DNA of 62,789 bases, the filler included. It is 5 parts of 5 records of this genome, joined end to end, with 100 filler letters (N's around TTAATTAATTAA, not from the genome) between each part and the next. Parts side by side here need not be neighbours in the genome. Positions count along the whole stretch, not along the records: positions 28,748 to 36,683 come from SRR31147125_4915; positions 36,784 to 52,325 come from SRR31147125_4934; 3 more parts are not named here. The stretch is one strand, 5' to 3'. The notes beneath the pieces are model-generated. The model saw only the letters and a program-made list of their open reading frames with translations, ran no database searches and was not told the DNA's origin. A program made the translations under genes and the position numbers. This document shows, piece by piece, positions 30,951 through 40,474 of the stretch (the stretch's first letter is position 1; the number at the start of each line of letters is the position of its first letter).

Positions 30951-31926
30951 GTTGTTTAATGTAACTTATTTTAGTGCGAAAATTCCAAAATTTAGCGCGT
31001 AACATATTTTTGTTTTTTATTTTATTTGATATTTCAAGTACATTAAATGCTTGATACCAGTATCCAGATAACAATTTATTAAATGCTGCTAATGGGAAAA
31101 TTTTTGTGTTCTTATTGGCCTTTTTTAAAAGATTTAGCCATTGGTCAACCTCGTAAAAATATGATATATCATTCATATATTTATTGTTGGCAAGTTGAGT
31201 GTGAAGTTTAAGTTGTTCAAAAGAAGGTTCTTTTCTTAGTAATTTGGTCAATATATCTTTTCGAATATTATCAGCTATTTCTTGCTGAAGATTATAATGT
31301 TTTTCAAAATTAATCCTGCGGTATTTAAGTAAAACTTCAGGTACATTAGCGAATTTTAATCCGGCATGAAAACATTTTACCCAAAAATCGTAATCCTGTG
31401 CATATCGAATATTTTCGTTGAATACTAAATTACGTTTTGTTATTGATTCTTTTCGCCAGATTGATGCCGGATGCACGATTGGATTGTGAAAGAGGAAGGT
31501 ACATGAAATATCATTGTGGTGAGTTGGTGTTTTCCAGATAGAAGGGTTATTACAATTAAATGTCTCAACCCATGATGATGCAATGTCGATATCCGGATTT
31601 GTCTCCATAAAGTTAACTAAGGTTTCAACACGATGAGGCAATGCAATATCATCGGCATCCATTCTAACAATGTATTTCCCTTTTGCTAACTTAATCCCTT
31701 TATTTAAAGATGCCGCAAGTCCCAGGTTTTTTTTGTTTTCAACATACTGTATTTGTGAATTATTATAAGAGAGAATTAAGTTTTTTGTATTATCTGTTGA
31801 TGCATCGTTATAAATTAAGAATTCAAAATTGTGAATGCTTTGAGATAAGATACTGTTAATGCTATCACAGAGATATTTAGCACAATTATACGAAGGTAGT
31901 AAAATTGATATTAGAATAGAATGCAT
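30943..31926 (-). CDS. glycosyltransferase family 2
   Basis: 'ILLPSYN', 'NDASTD', 'RMDADD', 'QDYDFW'. Confidence 0.93.
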   Translation of the reverse strand: MHSILISILLPSYNCAKYLCDSINSILSQSIHNFEFLIYNDASTDNTKNLILSYNNSQIQYVENKKNLGLAASLNKGIKLAKGKYIVRMDADDIALPHRVETLVNFMETNPDIDIASSWVETFNCNNPSIWKTPTHHNDISCTFLFHNPIVHPASIWRKESITKRNLVFNENIRYAQDYDFWVKCFHAGLKFANVPEVLLKYRRINFEKHYNLQQEIADNIRKDILTKLLRKEPSFEQLKLHTQLANNKYMNDISYFYEVDQWLNLLKKANKNTKIFPLAAFNKLLSGYWYQAFNVLEISNKIKNKNMLRAKFWNFRTKISYIKQHV

Positions 31927-32576
31927 TATTTTTTAAGCCAATTATCAGATATTTCACCATGTTTTGAGTTTTTAATTACTCTTATTATACCTAGCCCGTA
32001 ATTGTATGGTAAGGAAATAATTTCAAATTTTTGTTGAAATGAAAATTTATTCTGAATTTTTAAAGATTTTATTACATCTGATAGTTTGTATTTTTGAATA
32101 ATTGTATCATGAATGGCAATAATCCCATTTTTTTTCATTAGTGGAATACATTTTAGAATTTCAGATTTAACAAAATCTTCAGTTATTTTTTCCGATGAAT
32201 AGTAATCTAAAAAAGCAAAATCAATTCCATTAGGAAATTTCATTTCCCAGACTTTATTAGATAAATCGTTTATAAATGTTGTTACTTCTTTTTCTCTATT
32301 ATTTAATAAGTATGAAAAATCTCTGCTATCGCATGTTATAAATTTCCCTTTATTTTCTGAAGCTGCTCTAGCCAGGACAAAGCTTGATCTTCCAAATCCT
32401 ATTTCTAAAATTGTTTTAGCCTGTAACCCTCTAGCTATACTATATAGTGTTAATACATGTTTTGATGTAGAATAATAATCATTAAACCATTTGAATAATA
32501 TATTATCGGGAATAAATTCAAGATATTTTGTATCTTCCAACAATTCATTATGGCGGTGCATTTCAGGTTTCTGCAT
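31926..32576 (-). CDS. class I SAM-dependent methyltransferase (Methyltransf_24-like)
   Basis: 'ILEIGFGRSS', 'IDFAFLD', 'GIIAIHD'. Confidence 0.82.
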   Translation of the reverse strand: MQKPEMHRHNELLEDTKYLEFIPDNILFKWFNDYYSTSKHVLTLYSIARGLQAKTILEIGFGRSSFVLARAASENKGKFITCDSRDFSYLLNNREKEVTTFINDLSNKVWEMKFPNGIDFAFLDYYSSEKITEDFVKSEILKCIPLMKKNGIIAIHDTIIQKYKLSDVIKSLKIQNKFSFQQKFEIISLPYNYGLGIIRVIKNSKHGEISDNWLKK

Positions 32577-32585
32577 AATTTCAAA

Positions 32586-33608
32586 TTATATTTTTATACG
32601 TGAAAAAAGATTGAATTTTTTTGATTTTCTATTATTTATAAATTCATTAAAAACCTTAATATATTCTGTACCACAATATTCAAAGGAATATTGAGAGGAG
32701 TTTGTAAGAGCCCTATCTTGATAAGATTTCAGATTTGTCATACAAAATTTTAGCTTTTCAATTAATTTCTCATAATCAAAATCATTATAGTTTTGGATAA
32801 TTTCATTAGAAACGTGAGCTAATAAATCTTTTGAAAACCAACATAATTCTTTCATGAATCCACTATCAAACCCTACCACTGGCAAACCGCATGATATTGC
32901 TTCGATAACAGAATTTGGGCAAGGAGGGTTTAAATGAGAATAAACAAAAATATCTGCTGATTTTAATAACTCCGAGATTGCAATTGTATTTTTTTCTCCC
33001 AAATATGTAACATAATTCCTGTCAATTAGATTCTTAATTTTCTCATGGGTAACAGGTCCAACAATTTGGAAATCAAATTCAATATCATTTATTAATACAT
33101 CGAAAGCTTTAATTAAAGGTTCTATCATATCAATATTTCTAAAATTTCCTGTTGATATAATTTTAATCGTATTTGTTTCGTTGCAGTTTTCTTTTGGAGT
33201 AAAAATTTCTTTGTTTACACCGTTATGTATTATTTTGTATTTCGACTCTTCTATTTTACCAAATAATTCGAAACACTGATTTTTACAATATTCACTTTGA
33301 AAAATAATGAAATCAGCGTAATCATGATATATTTTTTTAATCTTACTATTTTTCTGAAGATACGATTCACCATGTTTTTGTGGGTAGTAGATACCATCAA
33401 GCCTTTGGATTATTTTACCATTTTTTTTTTTGAATTTTTCTAAAACTGTTAAATCATATTGAATTGGAAAGAATATAGCAGAGGCTTTATCAATTTTATT
33501 GAAATAATTATAATTCTTTTTATCTAAATAATGTTTAAGATTATTCATGAACGTTTGAGGTCCTCCAATTGAGCCATGTTCAGGAAACGGGATAAATATC
33601 ATACCCAA
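32586..33608 (-). CDS. glycosyltransferase family 4
   Basis: 'GGPQTF', 'IHNGV', 'PNSVIEAISCGLPVV'. Confidence 0.9.
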   Translation of the reverse strand: MGMIFIPFPEHGSIGGPQTFMNNLKHYLDKKNYNYFNKIDKASAIFFPIQYDLTVLEKFKKKNGKIIQRLDGIYYPQKHGESYLQKNSKIKKIYHDYADFIIFQSEYCKNQCFELFGKIEESKYKIIHNGVNKEIFTPKENCNETNTIKIISTGNFRNIDMIEPLIKAFDVLINDIEFDFQIVGPVTHEKIKNLIDRNYVTYLGEKNTIAISELLKSADIFVYSHLNPPCPNSVIEAISCGLPVVGFDSGFMKELCWFSKDLLAHVSNEIIQNYNDFDYEKLIEKLKFCMTNLKSYQDRALTNSSQYSFEYCGTEYIKVFNEFINNRKSKKFNLFSRIKI

Positions 33609-34213
33609 TTTAAATTAACATTATTTATTTTTTCTTTCTTTAACCTTAATCTTAAGTCGTCTGTTGGTTTTTTTAGCTCAGGAATTTTTTCTTCATGTGT
33701 TTCAACAAGAAAGTGTTCAATATATTTTATTGTTCCTGTATCAATTAGTTTATTAATTATTTCAATTTCAACACCTTCAACATCCATTTTTAGAAGGGTA
33801 ACTTTCTTATTAAGGTCAATAATAAATTGGTCTAAATCAATTAATTCAATTGTTTCTTTTTTATTTATGTCTACATTACTTTTAAAATTTAGTAATGAAG
33901 AACCTGTTGACCAATACACTTCATCTTCACCACTGTTTTCGTGGAAAAATAAATCTCTATTCGTATTTTGAGTATAAACTCCCTTATTATAGTAAATAAT
34001 ATTAGTGAATTCTTGAGTATTTTCCTTTAACTTTTGATATGCAAATTTATTAGGTTCAAAAGCATATACTACTGCGCCTGTTTTTGCCATTTCTAAAGTA
34101 ATATTGCCGATATTTGCTCCACAATCTATACAAATAGAATTATCAGATAATAGACTATAATATGATGAAATATTACTTAATTTAGTCTTTTTTCTATGCT
34201 TTAAAAGACGCAT
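33599..34213 (-). CDS. FkbM-family methyltransferase
   Basis: 'IDCGANIG', 'YAFEPN', 'LKMDVEG.E'. Confidence 0.9.
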   Translation of the reverse strand: MRLLKHRKKTKLSNISSYYSLLSDNSICIDCGANIGNITLEMAKTGAVVYAFEPNKFAYQKLKENTQEFTNIIYYNKGVYTQNTNRDLFFHENSGEDEVYWSTGSSLLNFKSNVDINKKETIELIDLDQFIIDLNKKVTLLKMDVEGVEIEIINKLIDTGTIKYIEHFLVETHEEKIPELKKPTDDLRLRLKKEKINNVNLNWV

Positions 34214-34838
34214 TATTTATTAATTTTAATTAATAGTTTATAGTTCAATCCACCCCAAGTTGGCATTTCTTCATTAAGAATAATATCGCTGTCATTAAAG
34301 TGGTCAATGATAACTTTTGGATTATATAATTCGTTTACACCATATTCATCAGTTACTCCAACGGCTAGATGCAATAATACATGTCCGTTTGGTTTGGATA
34401 TTCTTTAATTTCTTCTAAGAATTTAAAAGGATATAGTGCGTGATCAAAAATATTAGAAAAGATAAAATCAAAAGATGAATTTTCAAATGGTAAATTGTGA
34501 ATATCTCCAGCAATAACAAGTGGTTCGCATGGTACTAAATCAACTCCAATTGCTTCATATCCAAGATTAATCATAGCTTGAATTTCTTGACCTGTTCTAG
34601 CTCCTAAGCCAATAGATTTACCAATTTTGAAATCATTAATATTTTCACTCAACCAATTAAAAGTTTCTTGAAAATATTTAACTTTTGGTTCCCACTCTTG
34701 ATTTAACCATTTTTCGCGTTTCTCAGGATTGGTGGTTTTTTCTTTCTGGTGTTTTACATATTCTTCATAATTGTTATATGATTTAACAATTTCAAGGTTT
34801 TTTTCTTTAGTGAAAATTTTAACTAATTTTTTAATCAT
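34213..34838 (-). CDS. SAM methyltransferase (type 11-like); frameshift near 34404-34406
   Basis: 'LGARTGQE', 'GDIHNLPFENSSFDFIFSN'. The shifted frame continues 'RISKPNGHVLLH' to a TAA overlapping the next ATG at 34213. Confidence 0.8.
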
Positions 34839-35994
34839 ACTTTTTAATAAAATAATTTGCTATTTTTTCTCCTCTGTCTTTCCAATCAAATTTTTTAACA
34901 ATCTCAAATGCATTATTGGATAATTTATATCCTAATTCAGAATCATTAACTAATTTATTACAAGCATTTATTAATTCTGTAATATCGCCTGGTTTAGTTA
35001 ATAAAACACTTTCATTATTTTTTAGAATTTTTTTGATTACTGGTATATCAGATGTTATTATTGGCCGCTTCGAAGCCATATATTCAAAAAGTTTTAATGG
35101 AGATGTACTATTGATATCCATAACTTTGTAATCAATATTTTTTGGATAAGGCATTATAAGTATATCTGCAGATTTTAAGTAATGAGGTATAGATGAATTA
35201 GGAATAAATCCAACAAAATTCACATTGGATATTTTTTTATCAGAACAATATTTTTCCCAATATTTTATTTGTTCATTATTGCCGCCGGCAATAATGAACA
35301 TATTTTTTTTTAAATTCGAAAAAGATTCAGCAGTTAAAAGAATATCTTCTATTCCTTTTTCTTTATATAATCCACCAGAATACATAATTATGTTTTTATC
35401 TAATGGTAATTGTAATTTTTTTCTCCAATATCGTTTATCATCTTGTATATTAAACTGCTTTAAACTTACCCCATCTTCTAAAACTAAAATCTTATCAGCA
35501 GGAATCCCTCTTCTTACATGCTCTTCTTTTATCTTTTCATGAATCGTTACTATACCTAAAAATGATTCATTTTTAGCAATTTCATAAATTTTTTTCAAAG
35601 GTTCCTGCTCGTAATTAGTTGTATGAGTTTCCAGAATTACTGGGATTTCGTATTCTACACATAGAGCAGTTGAAATAAAACTTCTACAATAAACAAAGTT
35701 TGGATGTTTTGAATTAAAATATTTAATGGCGCTATCATTAAAAGTCCTGGCACCAATAGTTTTTGTGAAAAAATCTTTATTCCAAACAGGTAATAGCTTA
35801 ATTTTTACATTTTTACTAATTCCATAAAATTTATGGATATTTCTTATTTTGACTTTTTCTTTCCAATTTGGATAACTCAGTAATGATACAAGTTCCACAT
35901 CTTCTCCTGCTTCAAGAAAACCTTGCGCCATTTTCATTACATTGAATGAGTGAGCTAACTTAGATGGTATATTGCCGTCAGATGTTATTATCAT
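34831..35994 (-). CDS. glycosyltransferase family 4
   Basis: 'YSGGLYKEKG', 'SPLKLFEYMAS.RPII.SD'. Confidence 0.92.
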   Translation of the reverse strand: MIITSDGNIPSKLAHSFNVMKMAQGFLEAGEDVELVSLLSYPNWKEKVKIRNIHKFYGISKNVKIKLLPVWNKDFFTKTIGARTFNDSAIKYFNSKHPNFVYCRSFISTALCVEYEIPVILETHTTNYEQEPLKKIYEIAKNESFLGIVTIHEKIKEEHVRRGIPADKILVLEDGVSLKQFNIQDDKRYWRKKLQLPLDKNIIMYSGGLYKEKGIEDILLTAESFSNLKKNMFIIAGGNNEQIKYWEKYCSDKKISNVNFVGFIPNSSIPHYLKSADILIMPYPKNIDYKVMDINSTSPLKLFEYMASKRPIITSDIPVIKKILKNNESVLLTKPGDITELINACNKLVNDSELGYKLSNNAFEIVKKFDWKDRGEKIANYFIKKYD

Positions 35995-36669
35995 GTAATT
36001 ACTTTTCCTCCAATGATATTAGTATAATTATTTGCATATAAGTCTTTATTTTCATCTAATTTTAAATCAAATCGTTGAGGAATATGGTTGTCCCATTTGT
36101 TATTTTTATAACCAATACAAAAAAGATAAATTGAAGCAGTGTCATTACCGTTTGCACTGCAATATCGTAAATTCATCCCCGCATTCTTATACAAGCGTTT
36201 CATAGAGTGTGGAGTAAATCTCCAATAGTCCAGATATCCTAAACCATGTATTTGTTGTAAATACGGTACAACTACTATTAATACATCTTTTGTTAAATTG
36301 GCTAAGTTTTTAAAAGCCGTGTTAAAATCAAAAATATGTTCTAATGTTGTATGATTGAATACTACGTCGTATGTATTGTATAAGTTTTCTGATAATGGTT
36401 TTTCCAAATCTAAAAAAACTCGTTTTTTAAACCTTGCAAGCCTTTTTCCTCACTTTTGTAATTCGATATCCAATAGTCATTAGCATTACTAAAATAATCT
36501 ATGTAGTGTTTCCCTTCTTTATCTTCATCTGTCCAGCCACTTACATTTACAATTTTACCAATAAATAAACTAGCAAATTTTTTTAATTCATTATTTGACC
36601 ATATTCTAGGTCTGCGGAATTTGTTTTCGTGTGAAGAATTTTTATTTCTTTTTGTTTAAATATTTTCAT
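35991..36669 (-). CDS. methyltransferase-like protein broken by two frameshifts
   Basis: 'YDVVFNHTTLEHI', 'DYWRFT'. Upstream part 'RPRIWSNNEL...VNVSGW.D.DKEG' is in another frame; shifts at the A7 run 36412-36418 and near 36650. Confidence 0.7.
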
Positions 36670-36683
36670 TAATGAATTTTTTT

Positions 36684-36783
36684 NNNNNNNNNNNNNNNNN
36701 NNNNNNNNNNNNNNNNNNNNNNNNNNNTTAATTAATTAANNNNNNNNNNNNNNNNNNNNNNNNNNNNNNNNNNNNNNNNNNNN
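36684..36783. other. artificial contig spacer
   Basis: 44 N + TTAATTAATTAA + 44 N. Confidence 0.98.
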
Positions 36784-36940
36784 CTAATCTTGAGTGGTAA
36801 TCTTTTTTGTGCTCTTTCATGTGAGCTGTTAAGTGATTAATTCTCTCAGTTAATAACGCGATTTGAACCTCAGTTGAACCTGTGTCAGTTGCGCTCTTTC
36901 CGAATTCTTTGATAATTTCTGTTTTTGATCTCATTGCCAT
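36784..36940 (-). CDS. rpsO: 30S ribosomal protein S15, 3'-truncated
   Basis: '[21 protein letters not shown]...HKKDYHSR'; AAGGAGG RBS. Confidence 0.96.
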
Positions 36941-37054
36941 TTGTAATTCCTCCTTAAAATATATAGAATAATCTAATCCAAGTTGCCAGTCGGCAGATCT
37001 AGACAACCTAGGTTAAATCCGAGAAATTATAACATTATTTATTATATTTGTAAA
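36941..37054 (-). promoter_or_regulatory. rpsO promoter and structured 5' leader (candidate S15 autoregulatory RNA)
   Basis: TTTACA-17-TATAAT (37054-37026); leader stem CUAGGUUGUC/GGCAACUUGG at 37011-36978, upstream of the RBS. Confidence 0.6.
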
Positions 37055-37185
37055 GCTAAATTTTACTATTTATATTTCTTATATTCTCATTAATAAACAT
37101 ACACAGAGAAATATTAATTCTAATTTTTATTATAAAAGTCACTAAGCTTTTTATTACCTACCTACTTACCAACCACTACCCGGCT

Positions 37186-37539
<354 letters not shown>

Positions 37540-37918
37540 TTATAATAATATTTATTTTTTCCTAGTTCCCATTATATAGGAAAGAACATAGAAAAGCACT
37601 CTTTTCCTTCACTTATTAATATTTTATAACCTTCGCCTTTAATTGTATTGGTTCATTTAATACGTTTATAGAAACTATTAATACAATAAATACTTTTTAT
37701 ATTATTGATTAAATATATTTGTCTTTTCTGGAACTATATATTACAATAAACAAAATTTAATAAAAATAGATATATGAAATATATTTTAGTCATGTTTTGT
37801 TTTAATAAAATGCTTTTTGAGAAAAGTATATATTATATGTATAGTTATAGGTGTGACTATAAGAAAACATCCTTTAATATACTGATTTATCTAAGTTTAA
37901 AAAACTGGAGGAATTGAG

Positions 37919-39223
37919 ATGAAAAAAGTTATTGGTTTGATTTGTTTATTATTAATGTCATTTATGAGTTTTGCAAGTGAAGGTGCATCAACTATTGATA
38001 CCGGAGATACTGCTTGGATACTTATTTCAACAGCACTTGTACTTATGATGACTGTACCTGCATTAGCACTTTTCTACGGTGGTATGGTAAAGAGAAAGAA
38101 TATCCTTTCTACTATGTACTATAGTTTCAGTGCAGGAGTAATCGTTAGTATCTTATGGGTTATCTGCATATATAGTATCGCATTTGGAGGAAATGATCTT
38201 GGTGGAATTATAGGTGGATTCCAAAAGCTATTCCTTGAAGGTGTTAATATGAACACTGTATATGCTACTGCACCTACTATCCCTGAGTTTGTGTTTTTAT
38301 CATTCCAATTAACATTCGCTATCATAACAGTTGCTATTATTTCTGGAGCAGTTGTAGAAAGAATGAATTTTGCTGCTTGGTTAATCTTTGCAGGTTTATG
38401 GGCTTTAATCGTATATGCTCCACTGGCTCACATGGTATGGAATCCTGAAGGATATTTATTCAAAAGAGACGCTCTTGATTTCGCAGGTGGATTAGTTGTT
38501 CATATCTCATCTGGTGCATCGGCGATTGTTGCTGCTCTATTCCTTGGTGAAAGAGTTAGATATAACAAAGAACCAATTATTCCTAACAACATTCCATATG
38601 TATTTTTAGGTGGTTCTTTATTATGGGTAGGGTGGTTTGGATTTAACGCTGGTAGTGCTTTAGGAGCAAACGGCCTTGCAGGAAATGCATTAATCGTTAC
38701 AAATACATCAGCTGCTGTTGGTGCATTAACATGGATATTAATTGAGTGGAAACATCACGGTAAACCAAGCCTAATTGGTGGAATATCTGGACTTGTTGCT
38801 GGACTTGTTGCAATCACTCCTGCAGCTGGATTTGTAGGTGTTAAAGCTTCTTTTGTTTTCGGTATTTTATCAAGTATCATCTGTTTCTATTTCGTAGCAG
38901 AAGTAAAGAAAAAATTTGGTTATGATGACTCTCTAGATGCATTTGGTATACACGGAATTGGTGGAACTTTTGGTGCAATCGCTACAGGAATTTTTGCTAA
39001 TCCAAATATTAATCCTGATGTAAGTGGTTTATTATATGGAAATGCTCATCAGTTATGGATTCAAATTGAATCAGTTATTATCGGATATGGATGGGCTATT
39101 ATTGGAACGTTAATAATCTTAGTGGTAATGAAACGATTTGTTAAATTAAGAGTTGAGCCACAAGAAGAAATTGATGGACTTGATTTGTCACTTCACGGTG
39201 AGACTGCTGAATTCCACGGATAA
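37919..39223 (+). CDS. amtB: ammonium transporter
   Basis: 'LALFYGG', 'DFAGGLVVHI', 'WFGFNAGS', 'GLVAITP', 'DDSLDAFGIHG'. Confidence 0.96.
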   Translation: MKKVIGLICLLLMSFMSFASEGASTIDTGDTAWILISTALVLMMTVPALALFYGGMVKRKNILSTMYYSFSAGVIVSILWVICIYSIAFGGNDLGGIIGGFQKLFLEGVNMNTVYATAPTIPEFVFLSFQLTFAIITVAIISGAVVERMNFAAWLIFAGLWALIVYAPLAHMVWNPEGYLFKRDALDFAGGLVVHISSGASAIVAALFLGERVRYNKEPIIPNNIPYVFLGGSLLWVGWFGFNAGSALGANGLAGNALIVTNTSAAVGALTWILIEWKHHGKPSLIGGISGLVAGLVAITPAAGFVGVKASFVFGILSSIICFYFVAEVKKKFGYDDSLDAFGIHGIGGTFGAIATGIFANPNINPDVSGLLYGNAHQLWIQIESVIIGYGWAIIGTLIILVVMKRFVKLRVEPQEEIDGLDLSLHGETAEFHG

Positions 39224-39247
39224 TATAAATTAGGGAGATGAAAAAAT

Positions 39248-39586
39248 ATGACTAAAATAGAAGCTATTGTTAGACCAGAAAAGGTTGAAGAGATTATCGA
39301 TGCATTAGACTCATACGGACATTCTGGACTTACGAAATTAAACGTTGAGGGACATGGTAAACAAAAAGGTCTTACTGAATATTTCAGAGGAAAAGAGTAC
39401 AAATTACCTTTTATTGCTAAAACTAAAATAGAAGTAATTGTCCATGATGCTGATGCCGAAAAGATTGTCGATACTATATGCGATATTGCTAATACTGGAA
39501 AAATCGGTGATGGTAAAATTTTCATTAGTGATGTTAAAGATGTTATAAGAGTTAGAACAAAAGAAAGAGGAGAAGCTGCGTTATAA
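39248..39586 (+). CDS. glnK: PII protein co-transcribed with amtB
   Basis: 'GHGKQKG.TEYFRGKEY', 'TGKIGDGKIF'; 24 bp after amtB. Confidence 0.9.
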   Translation: MTKIEAIVRPEKVEEIIDALDSYGHSGLTKLNVEGHGKQKGLTEYFRGKEYKLPFIAKTKIEVIVHDADAEKIVDTICDIANTGKIGDGKIFISDVKDVIRVRTKERGEAAL

Positions 39587-39605
39587 TATTCTCTTTATAA
39601 GATGG

Positions 39606-39643
39606 AAAAAAACGGGACTGATTATTTAGCTGTCCCGTTTTTT
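39606..39643. terminator. bidirectional intrinsic terminator
   Basis: AAAAAAACGGGAC...GTCCCGTTTTT. Confidence 0.85.
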
Positions 39644-39645
39644 AT

Positions 39646-40104
39646 TTAAAATTCAGTATTGCTTATTATTATCTCAACAGCTTTTTCCAAATACTCTTTG
39701 TCAACATCATCAAAGTTATTGTATTCAAAGCTATCTATATCAAGTACTCCTAAAAGTTGTCCCTCTTTTACCATTGGTACAACAATCTCAGAGTTTGATG
39801 CAGCATCACATGCAATATGGCCAGGAAAATCATGCACATTATCAACAACATAGCTTTTTCTGTCTTTTGCAGAACTGCCACATACACCTTTTCCAATAGG
39901 GATTCTCACACACGCTGATTTCCCTTGAAAAGGCCCAAGTACTAATTCCTTTCCGTCAAACAAGTAAAATCCAGCCCAATTAATATTACTCATATTTTCA
40001 TTTATTATTGCACTTGCATTTGCTAAGTTAGCAATTATATCATTTTCATCCTCTAAAATTGCTTTTAAACATGTTAGCAAATGTTCATAGTTTTGTTTTT
40101 TCAT
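39646..40104 (-). CDS. msrC: GAF-domain free methionine-R-sulfoxide reductase
   Basis: 'NWAGFY', 'LGPFQGKSAC', 'GKGVCG', 'FPGHIACD..SNSEIVVP'. Confidence 0.9.
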   Translation of the reverse strand: MKKQNYEHLLTCLKAILEDENDIIANLANASAIINENMSNINWAGFYLFDGKELVLGPFQGKSACVRIPIGKGVCGSSAKDRKSYVVDNVHDFPGHIACDAASNSEIVVPMVKEGQLLGVLDIDSFEYNNFDDVDKEYLEKAVEIIISNTEF

Positions 40105-40392
40105 CTTAAACTCCTTTTAATTTGGATATTCAAAACTATTATAACACACAGCTTATCATCACAATGCTTAATTTAAAAATTTTTTATTATTTTAGTTAGG
40201 CTACTTAGCAAACTTACTATACAATTTTCAACTTATTTTTATTTCATTTTATGATCTTAATTAACTTTTTTAGACAAATTAATTAAAATTTTATTTGATT
40301 TTCTTATATTGTTATTCTCCTCTACACATCTTTATTTTATTAGTAAAATTCAATTCATATAAAAAAATTATGTTTTTTTTCAAACGCTATTG

Positions 40393-40457
40393 TTGACAAA
40401 GCGCACAAATCGTTGTATTATCAATTATAGATAAGTTAGTTTATTTACTAAACAAAT
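40393..40457 (+). promoter_or_regulatory. sigma70 promoter with a ROK/XylR-like operator
   Basis: TTGACA-17-TATTAT (40393-40421), then AGTTAGTTTATTTACTAAACAAAT with the GTTTA-N5-TAAAC core at 40439-40453. Confidence 0.7.
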
Positions 40458-40474
40458 AGTCTTAAGGAGGATAG

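Noticed and set aside
36728-37006. ORF-track proteins running into X residues or with extended N-termini (also 28696-28947, 52378-53457)
   Set aside because: Their ends are produced by the spacer stops. rpsO really starts at 36940 after AAGGAGG.
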